Sequence record: DRR378314_251
Direction: 5' to 3' (one strand)
Length of the DNA stretch: 64,000 nt
Below, in pieces: positions 18,528 to 28,812 of the stretch; position 1 is the first letter of the stretch, and every line of letters starts with the position of its first letter. A program made the position numbers and the translations under genes. Below the pieces are notes generated by a model that had not been told where the DNA came from, did no database searches, and saw only the letters and a program-made list of their open reading frames with translations.

Positions 18528-20120
18528 ATGCCTTACTCTGAACACGAACAGACCGTAAGCGGCCTTATCGCCGCCCAGAAAGGTCGCTGGGACGATATCC
18601 AACCAGAAGCCGTTGCGCGGATGCGGACACAGAATCAATTCAAGACCGGACTTGATATCGCAAAATATACGGCTCAGATCATGCGACAGGATATGGCAGC
18701 CTACGATGCTGATCCTGTAAACTACACGCAATCCCTTGGCTGCTGGCACGGCTTCGTGGGACAGCAGAAGCTGATTTCCATCAAGAAGCATTTTGGCTCG
18801 ATGAAGGGAAGATACCTATACCTTTCAGGATGGATGGTCGCCGCCATGCGTTCAGAATTCGGTCCGCTTCCAGACCAGTCCATGCATGAAAAGACAGCCG
18901 TACCGGCCCTGATCGAAGAATTGTACACCTTTTTGAAACAGGCTGATGCGCGCGAGCTTGGGACACTCTATCGCCAGATTGACGCCGCACGGGCCAGCGG
19001 AAATTCTTCCCTGGAGCAAGACCTGATGGCCCAGGTCGATTCATTCCAGACGCATGTCGTTCCCATCATTGCAGACATTGATGCCGGATTCGGCAATGCC
19101 GAAGCAACCTACCTCCTCGCCAAAAAAATGATTGAAGCGGGCGCTTGCGCCATTCAGATCGAGAACCAGGTCTCCGACGAGAAACAGTGCGGGCACCAGG
19201 ATGGCAAGGTAACGGTTCCGCACGAAGACTTCCTGCAAAAGATCCGCGCTGTACGTTACGCATTTCTGGAACTGGGTATCGAGGACGGGGTTATCGTGGC
19301 CCGGACAGATTCCCTCGGCGCGGGCCTGACCAAACAGATTGCGTATAGTCGCGCGCCTGGCGATCTCGGAGACCAATATAATGGCTTCCTGGATTGTGAT
19401 GAAATTGACCCTGGTCAGATTGGAAATGGTGACGTTCTGATCACCCGCAACGGCAAGCTTCTGAAACCCAAACGACTGCCGTCCAATCTTTATCAGTTCC
19501 GTCCTGGCACAGGTGAAGACCGGGTGGTTCTGGATTGCATCACATCATTGCAGAACGGCGCAGACCTTCTCTGGATCGAGACTGAAAAGCCGCATGTCGA
19601 GCAGATTGCCGGCATGGTTGACCAGATCAGGAAGGTCGTGCCGGATGCAAAGCTCGTTTACAACAATTCACCATCTTTCAACTGGACGCTCAATTTCCGC
19701 CAGCAGGTCTTCGACACCTGGAAATCCCGAGGCAAAGATGTCTCGGACTATGACCGCGCCAGTTTGATGAATGTCGACTATGATGAAACGGAACTTGCGG
19801 CTGAGGCCGATAACCGCATCAGGAGTTTCCAGCTTGATGGCGCTCGCCGGGCAGGCATCTTCCACCATCTGATCACTTTGCCGACCTACCACACCGCTGC
19901 ATTGTCTACCGATAATCTGGCCAAACGGTATTTCGGTGAAGAAGCGATGCTTGGCTATGTCCGGGAAGTCCAGCGTGAAGAGATCCGTCAAGGCGTGGCA
20001 TGTGTGAAGCACCAGAACATGGCCGGGTCTGACATTGGTGATGATCACAAGGAATACTTCGCCGGCGAGGCCGCCCTCAAGGCAGGTGGTAAAGACAACA
20101 CGATGAACCAGTTTTCCTGA
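18528..20120 (+). CDS. aceA: Isocitrate lyase
   Basis: YLSGW, PDQS, DIDAGFG, EKQCGHQDGKV catalytic loop, LLWIET, YNNSPSFNW. Confidence 0.97.
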   Translation: MPYSEHEQTVSGLIAAQKGRWDDIQPEAVARMRTQNQFKTGLDIAKYTAQIMRQDMAAYDADPVNYTQSLGCWHGFVGQQKLISIKKHFGSMKGRYLYLSGWMVAAMRSEFGPLPDQSMHEKTAVPALIEELYTFLKQADARELGTLYRQIDAARASGNSSLEQDLMAQVDSFQTHVVPIIADIDAGFGNAEATYLLAKKMIEAGACAIQIENQVSDEKQCGHQDGKVTVPHEDFLQKIRAVRYAFLELGIEDGVIVARTDSLGAGLTKQIAYSRAPGDLGDQYNGFLDCDEIDPGQIGNGDVLITRNGKLLKPKRLPSNLYQFRPGTGEDRVVLDCITSLQNGADLLWIETEKPHVEQIAGMVDQIRKVVPDAKLVYNNSPSFNWTLNFRQQVFDTWKSRGKDVSDYDRASLMNVDYDETELAAEADNRIRSFQLDGARRAGIFHHLITLPTYHTAALSTDNLAKRYFGEEAMLGYVREVQREEIRQGVACVKHQNMAGSDIGDDHKEYFAGEAALKAGGKDNTMNQFS

Positions 20121-20147
20121 ACCGGGACATTCCTTCAAGAGTCATCC

Positions 20148-20177
20148 GCCCTTCCGGACCAATCTCTCCGGAAGGGC
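20148..20177 (+). terminator. Stem-loop after aceA
   Basis: GCCCTTCCGGA…TCCGGAAGGGC inverted repeat; no clear U-tract. Confidence 0.55.
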
Positions 20178-20212
20178 CCCCTCACCCAAGTCAAGATTGA
20201 AAGCTTTCATCC

Positions 20213-20434
20213 ATGAGCAACCCAGACCCAGATCGCATAACCATTATTGCTGAGACATTTTCGGCAGCAGCACTTGAGTTTCACCGTGGGCAGATGGCCT
20301 CCCGCGGTTATCTGATGGATGGTCCCATTGTGGAGCGGACTTTTCTTCTGGCAGAAGGAACGTCCAAGGCACGTGACCTTTTTGATGGCCAGCAAATGTT
20401 TTCGGCTAGTTTTGTGAAACGCACGTCCAGCTAG
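20213..20434 (+). CDS. Small hypothetical protein downstream of aceA
   Basis: 73-aa protein-like ORF, same strand as aceA. Confidence 0.6.
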   Translation: MSNPDPDRITIIAETFSAAALEFHRGQMASRGYLMDGPIVERTFLLAEGTSKARDLFDGQQMFSASFVKRTSS

Positions 20435-20561
20435 TCACGTGCCAGTCATTTGGAGCACACCGGGCAGACGGACAAGTCCCGCACGCGCCTTCAATGAGTT
20501 CCTGAACGTAATTCGGCACCCGGGCTCACCTGAATCCCCTGTCAATCCCGGGTTCGAATAG

Positions 20562-20600
20562 AGCATGCCCGGGGAAGCTCCATCTCCCCGGGCATGCTTT
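20562..20600 (+). terminator. Strong hairpin / probable intrinsic terminator
   Basis: AGCATGCCCGGGGA…TCCCCGGGCATGCT, 14-bp perfect stem ending in TTT. Confidence 0.6.
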
Positions 20601-20950
20601 CGCCGTCTCAAGGGGGAGCTGCCTTTCGGCGGGCCGCGCGCGCCAAGCGAGCAAGGCCAAACGCTCTGTCTGCTGGCTGGCGCCGCTGCAATCCTTGCGG
20701 GCAAGCGCCTGTTGACGATCCATAGTCCAGGGCACCTGCGTGACAAGGCGTAAATGAAAGCCTTTGCCTTCGAGGGTGCCTCGAATGCGCCCCTAGATGA
20801 AGGCTCGGTACGAACTCACGCTTATCGGGAGGAGCTAAATTTCGCACAAACTGTCCAACAATTTTTGGTTGCTAAAATGTCATTTTTATCCTTACAATTC
20901 GGTAGGATCAGCGAATAGATTCAAACATATCAGCAGGGGGTGGCTGAGGG

Positions 20951-23095
20951 GTGACAGTGCAGGCTTCCGATATTGTGGGAATGCTCGAGGCGTTTCTCGA
21001 CAACATTCTGAATGAGGACCTTGTCTATCCGGCAGAAGAAGTCTTTCAGAGGTTCGCGGATGTGCTGGCGGGAACACCGGATTTCGATCTGATTTTTCGT
21101 GAAAAGCGGCGATTTGAACGCAATGAGTTCGACACCCATACCGACTATCTGAACTTCAATTTCCTCTCATTCATGTGGGCGGACAATCACCTCATCCGCT
21201 TCCGGGACATTGACGAAGTCAACGGGCGCTATGACGAGCTGACGTCGAACCCGAACATGGTTCAGATTGGCGAAGGAAAACTTGTATGTTTTGTCTCGCG
21301 TCAGCATCTCGAAGAGGTCAGCCCGATTGCCAAAGCGACCGCAAGATGCCTCGGCGCTTTCTATTACACATGCGGATCTCATGACCACTTTGCCTCGAAT
21401 GTGGCGACCCGGTTTGTGCGGGACTATTTCAAAGAGCATCGAAAATTCGAGATCAATGACATTGTCACTGCCATCCAGGAGGAATGTGGTGTGCGCGCCG
21501 CATTCCTCAACGTCATTTCTTCGGCCGATGAATCTGGCATTGTCGCAGACCCGACAGGGCTCTTTGAAGAGCTGAATTCAGATGAGACATTTCAAGGCCT
21601 GTTGCAACTCTCGCTGAACAAGAAGGTTACGCTTGTTGGAACAACTGCCAAGGGCATCAATTACGTCATCCATACATTGACGCATGAATATTTCGACCAT
21701 TCCCGTCCTTTGATAGAAACAGCCGGCAGACAGGAAGCGCCATCTGAAAAACGCTTTGCTTATGCCCCTAGAGGGATTGTTGTCACGGCATGTGACACCG
21801 GCAAACTAAAACTGGATGTCTTGTCTTTCACGCCGCGTATATTCAGGGCCTATGTCAACGATCAGATTTTCGGCGCGCGAGAGGAGTTTTTCTATGGACT
21901 TTTGCGCGATGGCGGAAAGCTCGCCAACCAATTGCTCGTCGAACCTGCCGCGACCAACATAGACCTTCGGGAAAAGATCATCCCACTGCTGACCAAGGCA
22001 TGCGATGTCCTGACAAAACTGACCTTTGCCTCCTCTGTCTGTGTTCGAAGCTATGACCCTTTCGGGCAGAGGCTGGAATGTATTGCCGAAGCGCATGAGG
22101 AAGGCATTGGAGGGCCTGTCGCAGCCCCCATCGTGCCTCTGTCTGAGGCCAATCAATTTGCATCTGCCCGCGCATTCAATTCCGGCATTGCCGTCGGAAT
22201 GGACGAAGCCAAATCATCAGCTGGCGAAGACGACAACGAGATGGCTGAGCCAACCGAATTTTCGCAGGATTTCGGCGACGCCGATGGCCACGTGGTTTCC
22301 ATCCCAATTATTGTCGGTGCCATGCACCTCGGAACGCTCGATTTTTTCACCAATGACAGAAAGTTCTTTGCAAATGACCGGCAGTATCTTCATCTGGCCG
22401 CTGAAGCGATCGGTGAACTGATCCGGCGGATTGAAGCCTCAAACGATGCTGCCTGGTTATCCCGCCTGTCATTTCTGCACTCTGCCCGTCATCGGCTGGA
22501 GCGGTTCCGGAGGGATCTTTACCGCCAACAACCCGACATGGCGGAAAAGCTGTCAGAAATTCTGGAATTATACTCATCCCTGCACAACACGACGCGGGAC
22601 ATGGATTTCGACCGTTTTGTCGCAAACATTGATATGATCATACAGGACAATGACACGGAAGGCACACTGGATCCGGAAGAAACTCTGAGGTTCAAGCAAA
22701 GGCTGAACAGTTTGCTTTGCGCACCGGACATCCCCCCTTTAAGCCTTCTTCTGATCGAAGAGGTCTTCGACAACCTCCTTCACAATGCATCAGTGCATAG
22801 CGATGTGAATCTGAGTGATCTAACAGTTGATTTGGTGGGATCTACCGATGCCGGCCCCAGCTCCCTGCTCGTGAAATACCGCGCCGAAAAGACGCTTCGG
22901 CGACATGAGGTCCTCTCTCGCATTTGCGTGTCGCCAATACGTTCGCAACAGACCGGCCGCTCGTATCATTACGGATTATTCCTGCTTGCGACACAGTTGC
23001 GGATGGCAGGCGGCTTTGCGACGGCACGCCACGCCCCTGATTATCTAAAGGATGTTGCCCCCTTTGAAGTCGCCTTTGCCATTCCATTGAAATGA
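20951..23095 (+). CDS. Cytoplasmic GAF-domain histidine kinase-like protein
   Basis: GAF end (VSIPIIVGAMHLGTLDF…F..DR.YL), H-box-like LHSARH, N-box FDNLLHNA, G2-like HYGLFL; G1 DxGxG not evident. Confidence 0.7.
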   Translation: MTVQASDIVGMLEAFLDNILNEDLVYPAEEVFQRFADVLAGTPDFDLIFREKRRFERNEFDTHTDYLNFNFLSFMWADNHLIRFRDIDEVNGRYDELTSNPNMVQIGEGKLVCFVSRQHLEEVSPIAKATARCLGAFYYTCGSHDHFASNVATRFVRDYFKEHRKFEINDIVTAIQEECGVRAAFLNVISSADESGIVADPTGLFEELNSDETFQGLLQLSLNKKVTLVGTTAKGINYVIHTLTHEYFDHSRPLIETAGRQEAPSEKRFAYAPRGIVVTACDTGKLKLDVLSFTPRIFRAYVNDQIFGAREEFFYGLLRDGGKLANQLLVEPAATNIDLREKIIPLLTKACDVLTKLTFASSVCVRSYDPFGQRLECIAEAHEEGIGGPVAAPIVPLSEANQFASARAFNSGIAVGMDEAKSSAGEDDNEMAEPTEFSQDFGDADGHVVSIPIIVGAMHLGTLDFFTNDRKFFANDRQYLHLAAEAIGELIRRIEASNDAAWLSRLSFLHSARHRLERFRRDLYRQQPDMAEKLSEILELYSSLHNTTRDMDFDRFVANIDMIIQDNDTEGTLDPEETLRFKQRLNSLLCAPDIPPLSLLLIEEVFDNLLHNASVHSDVNLSDLTVDLVGSTDAGPSSLLVKYRAEKTLRRHEVLSRICVSPIRSQQTGRSYHYGLFLLATQLRMAGGFATARHAPDYLKDVAPFEVAFAIPLK

Positions 23096-23108
23096 TTGAG
23101 AGCCAGAC

Positions 23109-24713
23109 ATGACAGAATTGCGCGCCTTGTATTTTGACGATGAGACCGGCGAGCGCGACCAGTATGAACCCATCTGGCAAAAAATACTTGGCAGCTTTGG
23201 ACGCGATGTCGATATTCGGTACGACCCTGATATCAAGACATTCGCCGACCGCTTGAAAGACCGCCCTCATGTTGTTGTTGCGGACAATCTCCTCGCCCGG
23301 AAAGACTGGAAGGACGCGCGGCGCGAACAGGACAATGCAGGCATTAAATTCATATCCACACACAAGCCGTCTCATCCGGACACAGTTTTTATCCTTTATA
23401 CCGGCGGGGATTTTTCGATTGCTCAACTCGGACAGAGAATTCCGAATCCGGATATAATTGTCACCAAAGACTATCTCCATATGAAGGACTATCAGGACTT
23501 CATCCGGAAAGAAATCGAGCGACGGGTTTGCAGACTCCCTCTGCAACAGATCAACATCCCTGCAAACCAGGACGAAGACGCCCCCTCCAAACAGATCGTT
23601 CAGTCTTTGATCGAACAGGTCGTCTTCGACTTCAGTGCAGATAAATCAGAAGAGTCATTTTTCTCTGCTGCAAGTGTCACTGAAATCAGTGGCGGATTTT
23701 CAGGTGCGAGTGTGTACAAACTTGAGCTGGCCGGGGCTGATAGTGGCGTCTCGATACCGACCGTTCTCAAGATTGGTCCTAAAGAACAGATCAATCGCGA
23801 GCGCACAGCATTTCAGAAATATGCCAAATGGTACCTGCCTCACGACATGCGGGTCGACATTGTTGGCGCAGGTCACACAGGAAAATTTTCAGCGATATGC
23901 TACGCTTTTGCGCTGGGCGGGGAGACCAAAGTCCTTACGCTTGCTGATGCGCTAATGCAGGGACAAACACGGCAGATCGAATCTGTCGTCCGCAAGCTGT
24001 TCAATTCCAAACTGCAGGGATGGTATCAGCCAAGCGGCCGCAAATCAGAATCACTCCAATCCTTTTTCAGCAATTTGAAGGAATATCCGAAAGAAAAGGA
24101 TGAATGGCGGCAAACCTGCCTGCGACGCACAATCCGGCGCGTCGCGGACCGGGAAGACCTTGATTGTGATATCCGTAACGGCGATTTCAGGATCGGAACG
24201 CTTTCATTTCCGGACGTACGCCGGACACTTCGCAATGTCGGCAATCATCAGGTTCCCTTCTGCGTCAGCCACGGTGATCTGAATGCCAACAATATTTTCC
24301 TGAACGGCTCGGCAAGCTCCATCGCGCTGATTGACTTCGAACAGACCGGTCACACGCATGTCTTCCGGGACTTTGTCTCTCTGGAATCGAGCGTCCGGAG
24401 CCTGCTTCCCTTGCAGAAAAAGACCCGTTTGAGCTTTCTCGACCGTATCGAGGCTGAAACTTATCTGTTAAACAACACGCCGCCGTCACGAAGGCTGGAC
24501 ATTGTCACCCGTCAGGTGAAAAAGATTCGGGATGCTGCCTTTCAGAAATTCCCCGATGCCGATCCGAAGATCTACCATACCGCACTGATCCTTCATATCT
24601 GGAAGCTTATTGGGTTCCAGAGTTCCGACGGCAAGAGCTTGTGGACGGATCAGGGGGAGGAAAGCCTGCTCGCAGGATTGATTGCATCAATCACACATCT
24701 TGAAGCGACATAA
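23109..24713 (+). CDS. Receiver domain fused to APH/TCAD9-like kinase domain
   Basis: REC: YFDDE, VVADN, LYTG, VTK; kinase: GGFSGASV, VLKIG…E, HGDLNANN, LIDF. Confidence 0.8.
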   Translation: MTELRALYFDDETGERDQYEPIWQKILGSFGRDVDIRYDPDIKTFADRLKDRPHVVVADNLLARKDWKDARREQDNAGIKFISTHKPSHPDTVFILYTGGDFSIAQLGQRIPNPDIIVTKDYLHMKDYQDFIRKEIERRVCRLPLQQINIPANQDEDAPSKQIVQSLIEQVVFDFSADKSEESFFSAASVTEISGGFSGASVYKLELAGADSGVSIPTVLKIGPKEQINRERTAFQKYAKWYLPHDMRVDIVGAGHTGKFSAICYAFALGGETKVLTLADALMQGQTRQIESVVRKLFNSKLQGWYQPSGRKSESLQSFFSNLKEYPKEKDEWRQTCLRRTIRRVADREDLDCDIRNGDFRIGTLSFPDVRRTLRNVGNHQVPFCVSHGDLNANNIFLNGSASSIALIDFEQTGHTHVFRDFVSLESSVRSLLPLQKKTRLSFLDRIEAETYLLNNTPPSRRLDIVTRQVKKIRDAAFQKFPDADPKIYHTALILHIWKLIGFQSSDGKSLWTDQGEESLLAGLIASITHLEAT

Positions 24714-24947
24714 TCAGCACCGCACAGAGACCTAAAGCGTTTCAGAAGATACACCATGTCAACCGGCATCAGACCCCAATGTCCTGGCATCGGAATCGAG
24801 CAGCCCCTATCCAATCCGGCCCACGCCCTGAGGGACGATTGGTGTCACCAGTCAGCTGAAACCGACAAATCAGTGCGCAAAAAATCTCTTTGTGCCTGGT
24901 GTCCACCCTGTCCGAAAACTCAATCGCGAAACACAGGCTGACAAGGT

Positions 24948-26453
24948 CTAGTCGCTATCTTCCGCCTCTGGACATTTGGTGCCACCACTATCGATGATGG
25001 TCTGGCATTTGCGTTGCGCATTCAGTTTGAGCTTAAGCTCAAGCAGATCGGATTCTGCCTTCAGCTCCTCATAAGGTGTGTCACCCTCCAATGACGTTCC
25101 CAGTGTTTTTGCCGCTTCCGCCGTGGAGGCCAGGCTGCCAGTCAGGTTGGCTGCCCTTGCTTCTGAGTTCCATGTAAATCCTGTCTTGCGTCCGAATTTA
25201 TCAAGTGTAACGGCAAGTGTTCGATTCCGCCCAAAACCGACATCTATTGGAACATAGCTCACCTGTCCCCATTGAGGCACAATGAGCGAGGCCTTTCCAA
25301 GCACCTCACCACGTGGGTGATCCTGGAATAGATCACTCTCGGATTTGACAATGAGGGTTGCTTTTGCAGGCTCAATGACCGCGATAGACGTTCGGCAATA
25401 GCTTGTGTCCACGAGGTGCCCCTCACCGTCCGGATCGAGTTCAGCCTCCGTCACCTGCATCCTGCAAAGACTGCTACTCGCCCGGTTTTCAGGCAAAGCA
25501 ACAGCACTGGATAGAATGCTGTAGGACATTGAGAAAAGCGTCGTCTCACTTTCACAAGATGGAGGCGGTGTCGCACCTGTATCAGGGTCGGGACTGCCTG
25601 GAAGGACAGATTGGAAGACGTTATCTTTCAACTCATGTGGCAGGCATTGACTGAGCCGCCGCTTGAGGTCTCCATCTTCATTCAGGTCCTCCGGCTCGCT
25701 ATTTTCTTCAATAACGGCGCGATCACCTTCTTCAGAGAGCCACTTCCCAAGATCGCTCAGAGTAAAACGGATGGGGATATCTGCCGCGCCTTCAACCAGA
25801 TCAATTGGCTTGCTGACTTTTATCGTGAGGTCTTTTTCGACAAGTGACGCTTTCTGAGCAATCAGATAATCTACAGTCGTTTTCAGTGTTTCTGCCTGAC
25901 CGGCTGCCAAATCGTCCGGATCTGCTTCAATAAGGTAATCTTTGTAAGAGGAAATCGCTTCGTCCAAGGCCTTGACCTGATACAAGGCGAGCATGGTCTC
26001 CATATTGCAGATCAACGGTGGCGGCTCTACGATCGAAGGGGCACACCCGAACAGGCAAGGAACACCTGCAAACGACGCAATCGTCTTTACGACGTTGGTA
26101 ATGACAGTTCCTGATTGATCGGCGGCGCTCGTATTGATGCTCTTGAGTGTACCCGTATCGTACAGTTCGACCGTCAAGCTCCGCTTTTCGAGGGACGCCT
26201 GGATATCTGCACCAGCAATCCTGAATGTCGCGTTGGTATCTGCCGATGCGGCAGATACGACAGAAAAATCCGCCGCAGCCTGAATGTCGTAATGCGTACA
26301 CTTGGAGAGGACCAGAGAGCCTGTGAGTTTTGCGCTCGCAGCAGGCGGTGCATACTGAATATATGCCGCATCCGGAACACCTGCCTCTTTTAAATGGCCG
26401 GTACCTGTGCAGCCTGCCAGCAGAATTGCACACAACAATAAGCGTAACGTCAT
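24948..26453 (-). CDS. Hypothetical lipoprotein (501 aa)
   Basis: Lipobox LAGC; GGGGG RBS; beta-rich segments and several Cys. Confidence 0.7.
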   Translation of the reverse strand: MTLRLLLCAILLAGCTGTGHLKEAGVPDAAYIQYAPPAASAKLTGSLVLSKCTHYDIQAAADFSVVSAASADTNATFRIAGADIQASLEKRSLTVELYDTGTLKSINTSAADQSGTVITNVVKTIASFAGVPCLFGCAPSIVEPPPLICNMETMLALYQVKALDEAISSYKDYLIEADPDDLAAGQAETLKTTVDYLIAQKASLVEKDLTIKVSKPIDLVEGAADIPIRFTLSDLGKWLSEEGDRAVIEENSEPEDLNEDGDLKRRLSQCLPHELKDNVFQSVLPGSPDPDTGATPPPSCESETTLFSMSYSILSSAVALPENRASSSLCRMQVTEAELDPDGEGHLVDTSYCRTSIAVIEPAKATLIVKSESDLFQDHPRGEVLGKASLIVPQWGQVSYVPIDVGFGRNRTLAVTLDKFGRKTGFTWNSEARAANLTGSLASTAEAAKTLGTSLEGDTPYEELKAESDLLELKLKLNAQRKCQTIIDSGGTKCPEAEDSD

Positions 26454-26762
26454 GATCCACCCCCAACCGAATAAACTGCAGGATATCAGCTCCCGCCTTT
26501 TCTGTCACTGGTAGAGAAGAAACTCTCGCCCGCGTAGAGGTTTCGACGCGGTGACGGTTCGAGATCTGTTACCTTTATCTGCCCCCTGTTCGTCGACAGA
26601 CCAGATGCAGAGGACAAGCAGGCTGCTTTCCTGCTACAGTTCAGACTCTTTGCGAGCTCATCGATGTTTCATTGAAAAATTAAATCTATGTCCTTCACGG
26701 ACTTCAGATGTTTTGCTGATATCAGATATCACAGACAAAAATCATATCGGAACCCATTCGTG

Positions 26763-27209
26763 ATGGATCTTCAACCAAGACTCGACGGACTGACAGGACA
26801 GGCAGACACGCTGCTGCGCTCTCTTCTGGAAGAAGCGTACAAACGCGGCGCAGAAGACATGCGCCAGGCGATCGTCAAAGCCGCAACTGGAGACGCTCTG
26901 CTGAGCAGGCAGACTGACAATGCTACGCCCGCCAGTACGGCTGCACCGGTGAAGAAGAAGTCCTCAAAAGAAACACCCGCAAAGAGGCACCGCAAGCGGA
27001 CTGAAAAAGGCCGTGCTCCGCGCGGCGCACTCGACAAGGCTCTCAGCGAAGCGCTTTCTGCCAAGCCCGGCCTGAAGATATCCGACTATGAGAAAATGGT
27101 CGCCGAAATTGATAACCGCATTTCCACCAATTCAGTGGGCAATACGTTGCGGCGCCTTGAGGGCACCAAATACCGCCAGACCAATGGAAAGTGGTATCTG
27201 AAGGGATAG
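26763..27209 (+). CDS. Basic putative DNA-binding protein (C-terminal winged-helix-like)
   Basis: Helical N-terminus, K/R/P-rich linker, RAPRG…SVGNTLRRL…GKWY C-terminus. Confidence 0.6.
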   Translation: MDLQPRLDGLTGQADTLLRSLLEEAYKRGAEDMRQAIVKAATGDALLSRQTDNATPASTAAPVKKKSSKETPAKRHRKRTEKGRAPRGALDKALSEALSAKPGLKISDYEKMVAEIDNRISTNSVGNTLRRLEGTKYRQTNGKWYLKG

Positions 27210-27230
27210 ACCCTTAACAAATTTACCCAG

Positions 27231-27263
27231 ACCGGCCCTGTCTTCAGACCAGGCCGGTTTTTT
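27231..27263 (+). terminator. Rho-independent terminator
   Basis: ACCGGCC…GGCCGGT stem followed by T-run. Confidence 0.8.
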
Positions 27264-27402
27264 TGTATGCAGACAGGCTTCAAGAGGGTCTCGTCTGCCT
27301 ACGAATAGGCATATTCCCGGAAGCTACGAATTTTCTCTTGCCGCAGCGTAAGCTTTCTGAGATCTTTCCATCTATGAGAGAATAAAGGGATGGGATGGTG
27401 AC

Positions 27403-28812
27403 ATGGTTTTCATTCGGCGGGATGTCCACAAACTGGCAGAGTGGGACGATGTTCTGCTCTGGTATTCAAAAGCAGTCGGTGCACTGCAAAACAGGCCTCT
27501 GACAGATCCGCTGGGATGGCGTTACCAGGGCGCGATTCATGGGTATTTCCGACCGGATGACCCTTTTGCGCAGGAAGGGGAAGCTCTGCCTTCTCCAGCG
27601 GAGCGGGCTCGTTTCTGGGATCAGTGCCAGCATAGCTCCTGGTATTTTCTCCCCTGGCACAGGGCCTATCTCACTTATTTCGAGCGACTGATACGCAAAA
27701 CAATCATAGACCTTGGCGGTCCGGATAATTGGGCATTGCCTTACTGGAACTACTCTGACGCGTCCAATCCGTCCGTACGCTTCCTGCCGCCTGCCTTCGT
27801 CCAGCCTCACCGGCCTGATGGCTCAGCCAACCCCCTTTTTGTCCCCCGCAATCTCGATGGGCCAGGCGGTACCAAAGCACTCACTGGGATCGAAGTCGGG
27901 GTCAATTGTTTGACATACCCAAACTTCATTGGTGTGGCATTTGGAGGAGCCCCGGGATTTGGGGGGCCGAAAACCGGTTTCAATCATGGCGGCGGATCGA
28001 TCGGTCATCTGGAATGGACACCGCATGGGACCGTTCACAACGGTGTCGGCAACTGGATGAGTTCCTTTGAAACGGCCGCGCTTGATCCGGTCTTCTGGCT
28101 GCATCATGCCAATGTGGACCGGCTCTGGGAGGTCTGGCTGGCGCGTGACAGCGGTCATGCAAATCCGGCCGATCCTGATTGGGGCGATGCCATCGGCGCT
28201 GTTTTTGAATTCCACGATGAGAACGGACACGTGGTCACCGCCCTGCCAAAGGATTTTGTCGACACGTCACAGCAGCCGATGAATTACAAGTATGAAGATA
28301 TTTCTGATCCACTGACCCCGGCTGCTGCGGCTGCAGGAGGAGGACCCATCATGCCCGGACCCGGTCCAGCGACACTTGTCGCGGCCTCCGACACCAATCT
28401 CTCACTTGGCCAGAGTGGTATGAGCGCCGACGTCCCTTCCGTCATCGGGGCCGCGGCCAGTCTCGGTGACACAGACATTTCTGACCGCCGCATCTATCTC
28501 AATGTCGAGAATGTCACCGCAGAGAGGGATGGCGGCAGTTTCGAAGTCCTGATCGGCGCCAAGGCTGCACCGGATGAAACCTACCGTTTGGCAGGCGCGC
28601 TTGTCATCTTTGGAGCACGCGTGCGCCCGGCGGCAGACGGCAGCATGCGGAGCGGTATCACGCAGATCATTGATGTGACACCTGACGATGATCTGCAGGG
28701 ATTCCTTCAGGCCTTACGGGAAGATCAGATCGAAGTTCGCTTCCGACCTCTGCGGGCAATCGCGGAGGCGGCGGATATCAAAGTGGGCCGCATCAGCTTC
28801 TATGTGGAATGA
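27403..28812 (+). CDS. Tyrosinase / polyphenol oxidase with C-terminal shielding domain
   Basis: CuA AIH…CQH…FLPWHR; CuB PHGTVH…DPVFWLHHANVDRLW; YKY motif; Ala/Gly/Pro linker; C-terminal beta domain; no signal peptide. Confidence 0.92.
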   Translation: MVFIRRDVHKLAEWDDVLLWYSKAVGALQNRPLTDPLGWRYQGAIHGYFRPDDPFAQEGEALPSPAERARFWDQCQHSSWYFLPWHRAYLTYFERLIRKTIIDLGGPDNWALPYWNYSDASNPSVRFLPPAFVQPHRPDGSANPLFVPRNLDGPGGTKALTGIEVGVNCLTYPNFIGVAFGGAPGFGGPKTGFNHGGGSIGHLEWTPHGTVHNGVGNWMSSFETAALDPVFWLHHANVDRLWEVWLARDSGHANPADPDWGDAIGAVFEFHDENGHVVTALPKDFVDTSQQPMNYKYEDISDPLTPAAAAAGGGPIMPGPGPATLVAASDTNLSLGQSGMSADVPSVIGAAASLGDTDISDRRIYLNVENVTAERDGGSFEVLIGAKAAPDETYRLAGALVIFGARVRPAADGSMRSGITQIIDVTPDDDLQGFLQALREDQIEVRFRPLRAIAEAADIKVGRISFYVE

